Below, piece after piece: positions 19,176 through 27,502 of a DNA stretch of 64,000 nucleotides. The stretch is from a virus. The position numbers and the translations under genes are program-made. The notes below the pieces were generated by a model. That model did not search any database, was not told where the DNA came from, and saw nothing but the letters and a program-made list of their open reading frames with translations. Position 1 is the first letter of the stretch. Each line of letters begins with the position of its first letter. The DNA is taken from positions 20,468 to 84,467 of IMG/VR virus record IMGVR_UViG_3300037840_000216. One strand, given 5' to 3'.

Positions 19176-21115
19176 AATATCACCTCCTTACTGATGGGCT
19201 ACTTGATAAAATCGAAATGCTTTCTCGGGATGAGCAAGAGCGATGGCTTTTCTTGTCCGAGAGCGAGGAGTTCAAAGGCCGTTGGGAAGTAAAAGGAATT
19301 TGGCCAACTTGGTTTTTTGACCTGGAGTCTATTGTGGGCCATTTCCGTACGGTTTCGCCCGCCCGTCTAAAGGATTTCATTGAGGCGTGTGACGATTATT
19401 ATCAAATAGTTTTTGAGACCCCACCAGAGTCAATTTTGACAATATATGAAGATCTACAGAACCCACCGCCTTTTGCGTTGAACTCAAATCTACCCAACAC
19501 CATTCACGGGATGTTTCCGTGGCAAGTAGAAGGCTTCAATCGGCTGATCAAAGATGAATCACTCGGGGCCGGTCTAGCGATCTGGGCCACGGGGGCTGGA
19601 AAGACTGCGTTTCTTGCTTCAGCTATCAAGTGGCATGAAACCGAGGGTCATCCATATGATCTCGCCTTGGTGGTAGTGAAGAAGAATAACAAGATTGATA
19701 TGCAGCGAAAGCTCAAAGCGCTTGCTAATCTCGATTCGTTTGTAGTGATAGGAACACCCACTAAACGCAATGCTGTCTATGACGAAATGTCTGCTCGTCT
19801 AGAGGCAAAGGAAAAAGTCATCCTCGTTACCAATTATGAGAACTTTCGTCAAGACGACGAGGCATTCAAGTGGCTGATGGAAGATCGGGACTGCTTGATC
19901 CTGTGGGATGAGATGCCTACGCGCCTGAGCAACCGTACCACACAAGTTTACGAGGCTGTGCAAAAGTGCCTTTGGAAGACCTTCCAGCCGCGCACAGGGC
20001 TCCCGACGCCTAGACCTAGCTGGATGCGTCAATGGATGCTAACAGCCACTCCGATCGAGAATAGTCCTGAAGGTCTTTTCAACCAAATTAGATTGCTAGA
20101 TCCGACGCTTCTCGGTACTGTTGGGCAATTTGAGTCCAATTACGTAGTCAATCGCAATCCCATTTCACACAAGCCGGAACGATGGGGACGGCTTGATAAG
20201 CTAGAGGGAAAGATTGAGTTCATGACACATCGCGTAAGTTTGGCCGATCCAGAAGTGGCTAAGTTGTTCCCCGAGGTCATGGAGGACACACTGATCATCG
20301 ATTGGGACCCACGGGATCGCGCCATCTACGACATGCTTGCCACAAATGCTGTCAAGATCCTCGAAGAAGAATCAGAGTCAGAAGAATTCAACGTGTTGGC
20401 GCTCATTCAAGTAATGCAGATGATGTGTGATGCGCCTTCAATGATCGGAAAGTCGGCAGAGAACCACAAAGAGTTCAAGAAAGTCCTCGCAGAGCTAGGG
20501 GGAGAAGAAGATGACATGCCGCGTCTTATGAAGGGATCGGAGATTGCTGTACGCCTGGTCGAAACGCTGCGGAAAGCGCCAACCGATGAGCGACACACTA
20601 AGTTTGAGACACTCAAAGAAATCCTCACCGAGAAACATCCCGATGACAAGGTGCTTGTATACATGACTTGGGCCTCTTATGGTTTTGAGCCGATGGAAAA
20701 GAAGCTCAACGAGTGGGGCATCAGCTATGTCGCTTACGCGGGCACAGACAAACAACGCCAGGCGGCTAAGGATGCCTTTCGTGCCGACCCTGACATTCGG
20801 GTCTTCCTATCCAGCGATAAGGGTTCGGATAGCATCGACCTCCCCGAGGCGGCTGTAGGCGTGCATTTCAATCAGCCCTGGACCTGGACTCGAAAGCAGC
20901 AGAGGGAGGGCAGGAACAACCGGGTCGATAGCTTGCTCCCGACTACGTTTTGGTACTCGTTGACGATGGCAGGCTCAGTGGAGGATCGCAAGCAGGAAAT
21001 ACTAGCGACTAAGCGTGGCTATCACGAGGCTCTCTTCGATGGCAAAGCCGCAGAGGACGCGATGGCCTCTAAGCTTTCACGCGAGGATTTGGTCTGGATT
21101 TTGACCGGCTCTTGA
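19172..21115 (+). CDS. SNF2-family (SF2) helicase
   Basis: WATGAGKT, TNYE, WDEM, LTATPIEN, SSDKGSDSIDL, QREGRNNR. Confidence 0.9.
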   Translation: MKYHLLTDGLLDKIEMLSRDEQERWLFLSESEEFKGRWEVKGIWPTWFFDLESIVGHFRTVSPARLKDFIEACDDYYQIVFETPPESILTIYEDLQNPPPFALNSNLPNTIHGMFPWQVEGFNRLIKDESLGAGLAIWATGAGKTAFLASAIKWHETEGHPYDLALVVVKKNNKIDMQRKLKALANLDSFVVIGTPTKRNAVYDEMSARLEAKEKVILVTNYENFRQDDEAFKWLMEDRDCLILWDEMPTRLSNRTTQVYEAVQKCLWKTFQPRTGLPTPRPSWMRQWMLTATPIENSPEGLFNQIRLLDPTLLGTVGQFESNYVVNRNPISHKPERWGRLDKLEGKIEFMTHRVSLADPEVAKLFPEVMEDTLIIDWDPRDRAIYDMLATNAVKILEEESESEEFNVLALIQVMQMMCDAPSMIGKSAENHKEFKKVLAELGGEEDDMPRLMKGSEIAVRLVETLRKAPTDERHTKFETLKEILTEKHPDDKVLVYMTWASYGFEPMEKKLNEWGISYVAYAGTDKQRQAAKDAFRADPDIRVFLSSDKGSDSIDLPEAAVGVHFNQPWTWTRKQQREGRNNRVDSLLPTTFWYSLTMAGSVEDRKQEILATKRGYHEALFDGKAAEDAMASKLSREDLVWILTGS

Positions 21116-21129
21116 TAGCCTGCTATACT
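21101..21129 (+). promoter_or_regulatory. Consensus sigma70-type promoter upstream of the pentamer array
   Basis: TTGACC (21101-06), 17-bp spacer, extended -10 TGnTATACT (21121-29). Confidence 0.75.
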
Positions 21130-21305
21130 CAAACTTCGTAGACGAGAGCTAGGAGATGTGCGCTGACTCTGGAAGTCGGCAGCATCCAAAGCCAAACATA
21201 CAGACAAGAGGTATCGTAATGAATATCGTTCTAGAGATAAAGGGGACCCCTGGGGTCTAAATCCGGGACGCCACCTTGGCGCTTCCCCTTCCGTGAAGCA
21301 ACTGG

Positions 21306-21358
21306 CCACGAGCCGCGCTACCAGCCGCAAAGCAAGGGAGCGCGGCTCGTGGGGTTTT
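21306..21358 (+). terminator. 14-bp perfect hairpin followed by GGTTTT (terminator or RNA-processing stem)
   Basis: CCACGAGCCGCGCT (21306-19) / AGCGCGGCTCGTGG (21339-52). Confidence 0.6.
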
Positions 21359-21381
21359 ACGTCGTCCCCAGCCCCAGCTAC

Positions 21382-21610
21382 GGCATGCAGGGCTCGGTTT
21401 GGCAGGCAGGGCGGAGCAGGGTTCGGTTGGGTCTGGTGAGGCTTGGCGGGCTTGGCTGGGCTGAGTAGGGTTGGGCTCGGTAGGGTTTGGCAGGCTTGGT
21501 TGGCGTGGTAAGGTCTGGTTAGGCACGGCGCGGTTCGGCATAGTTAGGCAGGCGAGGCAAAGCGGTGTTCGGTGAGGCTCGGTATGGCGAGGCTTGGTTT
21601 AGTGAGGCGA
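21382..21610 (+). repeat. GGY-NN pentamer array segmented by GGCA/GGCG; candidate non-coding guide-RNA array
   Basis: About 42 pentamers with constant (G/A/T)G(C/T) and variable NN; 4-nt separators at 21382, 21401, 21445, 21489, 21547. Confidence 0.9.
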
Positions 21611-22573
21611 TTTGCCAAGAAGACCGAGAAGAGCTTCAATGAGGCGTCGATAGTGCCACGTTGGTCTTGCATCGCTAGAGACAGACATCTCGGTTGCGTG
21701 AGCAAAGCGGTGTGTGATTCGAGTTGCTTTATCGACCTCATAGAAGGGCGAAGGTTCCGGGTAAGGCATTGCGGGTCCAATCGTAGCCAATAGTCGTTGA
21801 CGCGATTGCCCTTCACTAACGACTTCGACGGGCAGCGATGGGGCTCGGACCAAGGATCGATTAGGATCGGTAGCGTGGCGCACCATGTTGCGAGTGCGGA
21901 TGGGGACATCGTCTGAGAGGCTCGTGTCTGTAGTCGAGCGGAAGAAGTGGGTGAGGATTGTCGCCCGGTCTGCGGACAGAGCTTTCTCTTCCTCTTCGCG
22001 TATGGGCTCCCCCGCACGAGCGATCCAGACGCGCGTCGGCGTGCCCTCCACGGTCAGTGCGAAGTCCCCCGACGCCTCAGCTTCTTTCCGTTTCGGAGGC
22101 GTTTCGGTGTTGACTCCACGGATGCGTGGGTAGGTGTAGCCGAAGTCCACGAAGACGAGGCTGAGCGTCTTCGAGGTTGACCACTCCCGCCCGAGGGAAT
22201 CGAGCACAGTCAGGCTGATCTCTGTATCCGGGTCGGCGACCTCGTAGGTGTGCGTGACGGTCGGTCCGTGTCCGACATGTCCGTCCCCGAAGTCCCAACG
22301 GTACTCCAGGATGGTGACGCCCGGAGGCGGCTGAACGTGGGGCTGGACTTTGGATTCGACTTCGAATGGTTCCGCGTGGAACTCGACAGCGAGGAACACC
22401 GGGGTCGTGCCCCAGGCGTAGCGGTAGTCGCTGCCTTTGTCACTCGGCAGTGGAGGGTACGGATAGGTGTCGCCGTCGTACGTGGCGCTGCCTAGAGGGC
22501 CTGCCTGTTCGAAGTAGAAGTCTACGGTGACCGGAAGGGCGGGGCGGTTTGGATCGTTGACAATGGAGGTCAT
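21599..22573 (-). CDS. PKD-domain virion protein
   Basis: YRWDFGDG....GPTVTHTY......ISLTV.D PKD motif. Confidence 0.75.
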   Translation of the reverse strand: MTSIVNDPNRPALPVTVDFYFEQAGPLGSATYDGDTYPYPPLPSDKGSDYRYAWGTTPVFLAVEFHAEPFEVESKVQPHVQPPPGVTILEYRWDFGDGHVGHGPTVTHTYEVADPDTEISLTVLDSLGREWSTSKTLSLVFVDFGYTYPRIRGVNTETPPKRKEAEASGDFALTVEGTPTRVWIARAGEPIREEEEKALSADRATILTHFFRSTTDTSLSDDVPIRTRNMVRHATDPNRSLVRAPSLPVEVVSEGQSRQRLLATIGPAMPYPEPSPFYEVDKATRITHRFAHATEMSVSSDARPTWHYRRLIEALLGLLGKSPH

Positions 22574-25089
22574 TAGAACACCGCGATGTTGTGGGTGGCG
22601 TGGTTGCGTAGGCCGTTGCGGTCAATCGTAATCAGCGTGACGGCGTATTCGCCGGGGAGCGAGTAGGTGTGTTCTTCCTGAAGGCTGTTGCCCACCGAAA
22701 ACGCACCATCGCCAAAGTTCCATTCGCGTGTGACGATGGCTCCGGTGCCAGGGGTCGATTCGTCGGTGAACTTGAAGGACCTCGCTTCGATCCCTTTCGA
22801 TTTGAATTGCGCATCCGGGGGAATCAGATCCTCAAGACGTTCCTCTGGCCACACGAGCCGCCCAAGGGAGGCGTAGCGAGGTACGATCTTTGGTGTCTTG
22901 ATGGTGGCGTTCTGGCGCAGCGCTCGGGCGCGTAGCTGAAGTTCCTTGCCACGAGGCTGGAGCAGGATGCCCTTGCGGTTGACGTTGACGATCTCGCGGA
23001 AGTCCGTCCACGGTGCGTAGTTGCTGTCCCATGGGTCGCTGACGGTCGAGCGAGCGCTCCACTGCACGACACGCTCAAAGATGGACACGCTGTCGATCCA
23101 CCAGGTAGAAGCGATCTCGGTGGGCTGAAGGATCTGAACCTGGTAGTTGCCTGTCTGGAGGATCTCTTCTTCCGGCACTCGAATGATGATCTCCTGCCAC
23201 TGGTTCGTTTCGAGTTCTGGCGTCGGCAGCGGGATGATGGTGCCTTCGCTGCTCACGAGGCGCACCGCTATGTTTGGGAACTGTCTCTGGTCGAAGGTGG
23301 TGAAGCCTTTGCTCGGGAAGGTGCCTTTGCTCGGGAAGGTGCGGTGGCGGCTTGGGAAAGTCGGGCGGTGTTTGTCTTCGATGGTTTCCACGGTGCGTGG
23401 TTCGCCCGCGTACCAGATGAAGAACTTGATCTCTGCCTGCTCGAAGTTGCTGAAGTTGATAAAGTCGGTCGTGAGCCCGACGTTGTGTTCAGTGCCATTG
23501 GTGTCCACCCGGAAGCTTTCAGCGGTGAGCGCGCGCGACTTGTCGCGCGAGAGCGTGATGCCTTTAGCCGACGCCGGGGTGATCTTGAAGCCCTGGTTCC
23601 AGAGTTCTTCGTTGCCGGTGTAGCTCGCGAAGAGTTGGGCTCCATCCACGGGCGTAAAGCTGGTGAGAGGAGCGGACTGATACTCGGCGAAGACGACACC
23701 GCGCGGTCGGATCGAGCCGACGTAGGCATCGGGGTCAGGTAGGTATGCCTTCCAGCCAACGCGCCCCTGGCGGCGGCGGAAGACACCATCGTCGTTGACC
23801 AGCGTCGTGTCGAAGATCGGTGTCTGTTCTACGGACTTGTCGGGGGCAAGCTTATAGATGCGCACGCGGGCTCCCGAATCTTCGAGCGAGCAGGTCATGA
23901 GGTATTCGGTGTTGTCGAGCAGTTCAGGGAGAGCATTCGGGCCGTGGTCGGGGAAGACGTAGCCGGGGCTCACCGAGTTGTTCATGATCAGCTTTCGTTT
24001 GCCTTCGCCCCATTGTAGAGTGAAGGTGATCCAACTCTCCTCAATGGGGTTGGCCACAGGTAGACGCTCTAGGTCTTTCATCTTCTCCAGGTGGTCGAAG
24101 CGCGACATGGGCTGTTTGTCGAATTCGCCTACGGTGCGGGGGACGAACTCTTCGGTGCCGAGGTCAGGCTGCGGGTGCCCATCAAGCTCGGACTGTGTGG
24201 TCCCGATGAGGTCAAGCTGCGTCTGGAAGATTAGCGGCTCCTCGCGCATGTAGAAGACGAGTTCGTTCAGGTGTAGCTGTGAGCCAGGGTTGAAGACGAG
24301 GCCGAACTCGGCATCGACCGGCTTGGGGTCGTTGTAGCCAGGTAGGAGGTCTGACTTCCACATGATGCCCTGTTCGAGCAGCGGGCCGCTCGTCACGTCT
24401 CCGTCGAGCGGGTTGGGCTGGCGCAGCATGCCGTTGAAATTGTCGTAGTCCACCGTGGACACCACCCATCCAGGATTGCCTGGCGTGGGAGCGAGGATGA
24501 GCTTAATGCCCATGACGCCCATGTCGGTTTCTTCCCCTTCGTTGCACACGATGGTGAAGCGCACTCCGGTGATGGCTTCGAGGTCGATTTCGTTCTGCTG
24601 CAACGCCGCGCGTTCGATGACGAACTGACTGTCTCCTTCGATCAGCGCTTTGAGGCTCTCCGAGAACGAGAGGGTCGCGGTGACTGCGGTGTTCGAGCAG
24701 TGGCCTGCCGGGTCGGACGTGATTTTGATCCTGCTCTGGACGATGTTGATCGCCGGGAGGTTGAAATCGGGGAGCGCGAATGTGAAGAGGTCCGTGTCCG
24801 CAAAGCCGGTGAGCAGATCGACTGGGTGGTCCGGCGTGGCTGATTCTGTTTCCGTCGTGCCCTTGCATTCCAGAACGAGCGTTGGGAAGTAGTGGAGCGA
24901 CGAGCGGTAGGTGAATGTGCCCTCGGTCCAAGCCTCGCCCGAGGTCGGCACGAACGTGCGCAGATCAACGTGCCGCTGGAACGGCAACTGATCTTTGGTT
25001 TCCACTTCGAACGAGTCGTAGTACATCCACGCTCGCTCTGTGAACTCCTCGCCTAGAGGAACATTGGATCTTTCGCGTTCAAGTGCCAT
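22573..25089 (-). CDS. Minor tail/baseplate protein with C-terminal PKD domain
   Basis: WNFGDG.....HTY..PG.Y.VTL; CBM-like region; TFPS repeats; tail-module context. Confidence 0.75.
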   Translation of the reverse strand: MALERERSNVPLGEEFTERAWMYYDSFEVETKDQLPFQRHVDLRTFVPTSGEAWTEGTFTYRSSLHYFPTLVLECKGTTETESATPDHPVDLLTGFADTDLFTFALPDFNLPAINIVQSRIKITSDPAGHCSNTAVTATLSFSESLKALIEGDSQFVIERAALQQNEIDLEAITGVRFTIVCNEGEETDMGVMGIKLILAPTPGNPGWVVSTVDYDNFNGMLRQPNPLDGDVTSGPLLEQGIMWKSDLLPGYNDPKPVDAEFGLVFNPGSQLHLNELVFYMREEPLIFQTQLDLIGTTQSELDGHPQPDLGTEEFVPRTVGEFDKQPMSRFDHLEKMKDLERLPVANPIEESWITFTLQWGEGKRKLIMNNSVSPGYVFPDHGPNALPELLDNTEYLMTCSLEDSGARVRIYKLAPDKSVEQTPIFDTTLVNDDGVFRRRQGRVGWKAYLPDPDAYVGSIRPRGVVFAEYQSAPLTSFTPVDGAQLFASYTGNEELWNQGFKITPASAKGITLSRDKSRALTAESFRVDTNGTEHNVGLTTDFINFSNFEQAEIKFFIWYAGEPRTVETIEDKHRPTFPSRHRTFPSKGTFPSKGFTTFDQRQFPNIAVRLVSSEGTIIPLPTPELETNQWQEIIIRVPEEEILQTGNYQVQILQPTEIASTWWIDSVSIFERVVQWSARSTVSDPWDSNYAPWTDFREIVNVNRKGILLQPRGKELQLRARALRQNATIKTPKIVPRYASLGRLVWPEERLEDLIPPDAQFKSKGIEARSFKFTDESTPGTGAIVTREWNFGDGAFSVGNSLQEEHTYSLPGEYAVTLITIDRNGLRNHATHNIAVF

Positions 25090-25090
25090 C

Positions 25091-27481
25091 TTAGTATGCG
25101 AACCAGGTGCTTTCTTCGCCGTAGACAATTCCGTTATTTTCGACCGGGTAAGTTTCGACGTTGAAGTCGCTTAGCAACGTATTGGTATCGTCCGTGCCAG
25201 TCTCCTCGTAGATGCTAGTGTCAGCCGCGACCGAGAACTGGCTGCGCAGGAAGGCCAGTTCTTTGAGGCCTGCGAAATACGCGCGGTCGGATTCGAACTT
25301 GGCTTTCGCTTCCTTGTATTCGTGGCGGCAAGTAACCCAGAAGTACATGACCGGCGTCGATTCATCCAGCACGAGAGCCTGCCGGTTGAGGCCGGAGACG
25401 GCGATGCTCGTGTTGCCTCGGAACTGAGGTTCTCCCTCGACCGGGTAGCTAACTGCGTTTTCAGCATTCTGGGCGGCGCGCGCCCCGAGGAGCGTGGTGG
25501 GGCTGGAGCGAGCAGCCGGTGGCTTGAGGAAGGTGTTGATCTGGAGTTCGATCTGACGTAGCGTTTCCGGGTCCACGCGGTTGGCCGCAGGCGGGGCGAC
25601 GGTTGGCGTCGGGGTTGGATGTTCTGGCGTGGACGGTCCCTGGATCAGGTCGTTGAGGATCGGCTGGTATGCCAGTTCGAGCGCGTCGTAGATGACACCG
25701 ACTCGCTTGGCCGTGAAGGACGGCACGGAGATTTCCGCGAGGAAGGGCAGCGCCACCCAGTCCGGGAAGAGCTTGTAGCTCGTCGGCTTCTGGTAGTCGC
25801 CTGGTTCGTACGGGCGAGCCTGAAGGTGGCTGAACTCGATCTTGACGAACTTAGCAGTGATCGGTTCCGGCAACACGTAGGTCGTCTTGACGCTAGTGAT
25901 GTAGGATTGCGGAACGTGGATCCAGAGCTTCTGTTCCCACTCTTCTTCGGTCATCGGTTCCGTGCCTTCGCTGCCGGTCAGGTCGTTGGTGTAGTAGATG
26001 TTGAACGCCACGCCAGGAGTGAGCGGGTCGATGATGATGCTGTCGATGACCACGGCGTTGTCTTCGATTTCGGGTTCGATCAGTTCGACGGAGCCAGAAC
26101 GGCCCTTCTGGTTTTCCCACTTGGCGCTTGCCTCGTCCCCATCGACGTAGGCTGTCGTTTTGGTGCCGGACTGAGCCTGAGCCCCATCGATGTAGAAGAT
26201 CCGTGCGTGTGTCTCGTTGGCCAGCGTACGAACGGCGACGGTGGACTGGCCGGTGGAGATGGGGCTTGCGAGCGTCACAGAGAACCGCTGCCATTCGGCA
26301 GTGAGCGTGACGACTTCTTCCGCTTTACCCACGGTGTCGTCGCCGACTTCCAGAACGACATCGTAGGTGCCCGTGTTGCTCCGTGCCCACACGGAGAAGG
26401 TGGTTGGTTTCGCGACGGCGATGTTGACCTGAGCGTACACGCCTTCGGGGTAGTGGAAGCGGTCGCTACCGTGTTCGGCGGTGTGGACTTCGAGAGAGTT
26501 GACACCCTTCTCGGCGGTCGGCGTGTTGACGACTTTGATGACGCACTGGCTTTCGAACTCTACGTCGAAGCGCAGCACGGCCTCCAACTTCTGAACGAAG
26601 GAACCTGAGGATGGTTCTTCCACGGCGGGCTGTTCGGGCTCCACGAACTCTTCGAAGTCTGATGAAGTCTGCCACCCGAACGGCTGACCTCCCACGATGT
26701 CGTACTCGAAGCTCGGATTGAGCAGTTGGTTGACGACTCCGTAGGTCGGCGTCTCGGGGAACTGGCGCAGGTCGGAGTAGTGGCTGGTGACCGCGAACTG
26801 GGACGGTTGTGGTGCTGAGAGCCAGTATCCGACGTTGGTGTTCGCTCCGACCGGAGCTTCCGCATCCGAGTGAACAGTGACCGCGCGGTAGGGATTACCC
26901 AGGAAGTCCGTGCCGCCGTCTGCTACGAGCCCCAGGAGCCGGAAGGCCAGGGACGCAGGCGCAGCTTCTTTGCCCGCGAGAGGGGTGCTGCCATCGCTCT
27001 GGACGGCTTCTACGAACCCAGGCAGCGGGTTAGGCTGAGCATAGTAAAGCTTCTCCACGCCGGACACCACGGTAATGCCGATGCGTAGCTCGGAGACGTT
27101 CGTGGTCATGCTCACGTCCACCGGGATTTCCTCGTCCAGGATGGCATCGATCCAGATGCGTTCGCCTTCGGCCTGAGCCCCTACTGCGGTGCCCTTGGCG
27201 AGGATCTCCCAGGCGGTGTCCCCGAAGTTGTGTTGTTCGATGGTGAAGTTGATTGTGACGGGCGCTTCGGCGCTCGGGAAAGCGGCGTCTTCCGTGACCT
27301 CCACTAGAAGCTGGAAGCCCGAGATGCCAGGGAAGCGAGTTTGTCCCGCTTTGACTCCACGCAGGTAGTCTTCCGGTAGGCGGAACTGTTGGTAGTAGGT
27401 TTCGTCAGGCGTGAGCGAGGCAGTGACGACATTCTGGTCGATCACTACTCCGCTGTATTCGGCGCATACGTTGCTCATCAC
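25091..27481 (-). CDS. Minor tail protein with carbohydrate-binding-like domain
   Basis: NQLLNPSFE, TFSVW, LT.EWQRF, YIDGAQ, YVDGD (CBM4/9-like pattern). Confidence 0.7.
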   Translation of the reverse strand: MMSNVCAEYSGVVIDQNVVTASLTPDETYYQQFRLPEDYLRGVKAGQTRFPGISGFQLLVEVTEDAAFPSAEAPVTINFTIEQHNFGDTAWEILAKGTAVGAQAEGERIWIDAILDEEIPVDVSMTTNVSELRIGITVVSGVEKLYYAQPNPLPGFVEAVQSDGSTPLAGKEAAPASLAFRLLGLVADGGTDFLGNPYRAVTVHSDAEAPVGANTNVGYWLSAPQPSQFAVTSHYSDLRQFPETPTYGVVNQLLNPSFEYDIVGGQPFGWQTSSDFEEFVEPEQPAVEEPSSGSFVQKLEAVLRFDVEFESQCVIKVVNTPTAEKGVNSLEVHTAEHGSDRFHYPEGVYAQVNIAVAKPTTFSVWARSNTGTYDVVLEVGDDTVGKAEEVVTLTAEWQRFSVTLASPISTGQSTVAVRTLANETHARIFYIDGAQAQSGTKTTAYVDGDEASAKWENQKGRSGSVELIEPEIEDNAVVIDSIIIDPLTPGVAFNIYYTNDLTGSEGTEPMTEEEWEQKLWIHVPQSYITSVKTTYVLPEPITAKFVKIEFSHLQARPYEPGDYQKPTSYKLFPDWVALPFLAEISVPSFTAKRVGVIYDALELAYQPILNDLIQGPSTPEHPTPTPTVAPPAANRVDPETLRQIELQINTFLKPPAARSSPTTLLGARAAQNAENAVSYPVEGEPQFRGNTSIAVSGLNRQALVLDESTPVMYFWVTCRHEYKEAKAKFESDRAYFAGLKELAFLRSQFSVAADTSIYEETGTDDTNTLLSDFNVETYPVENNGIVYGEESTWFAY

Positions 27482-27502
27482 AAGTTACCGTGCCGAAGTT
27501 GC

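Noticed and set aside
21240-21290. Hammerhead or other known ribozyme in the array leader
   Set aside because: A three-stem arrangement is possible, but the CUGANGA/GAAA core is absent.
21493-21546. Unit 3 matches to nrdJ IGAVYS, kinase LYTA or helicase YSLT
   Set aside because: At most four exact dinucleotides out of ten, expected hundreds of times by chance in this window.
21382-21610. Array as a canonical CRISPR or a simple microsatellite
   Set aside because: No 23-50-nt direct repeats with spacers and no cas1/cas2; the NN positions are too diverse for a slippage repeat.
21257-21793. ORFs 21257-21541(-) and 21572-21793(+) over the pentamer array
   Set aside because: Their repetitive translations (PNPT../ARLG..) are by-products of the 5-nt periodicity; no RBS, and the 4-nt separators shift phase.
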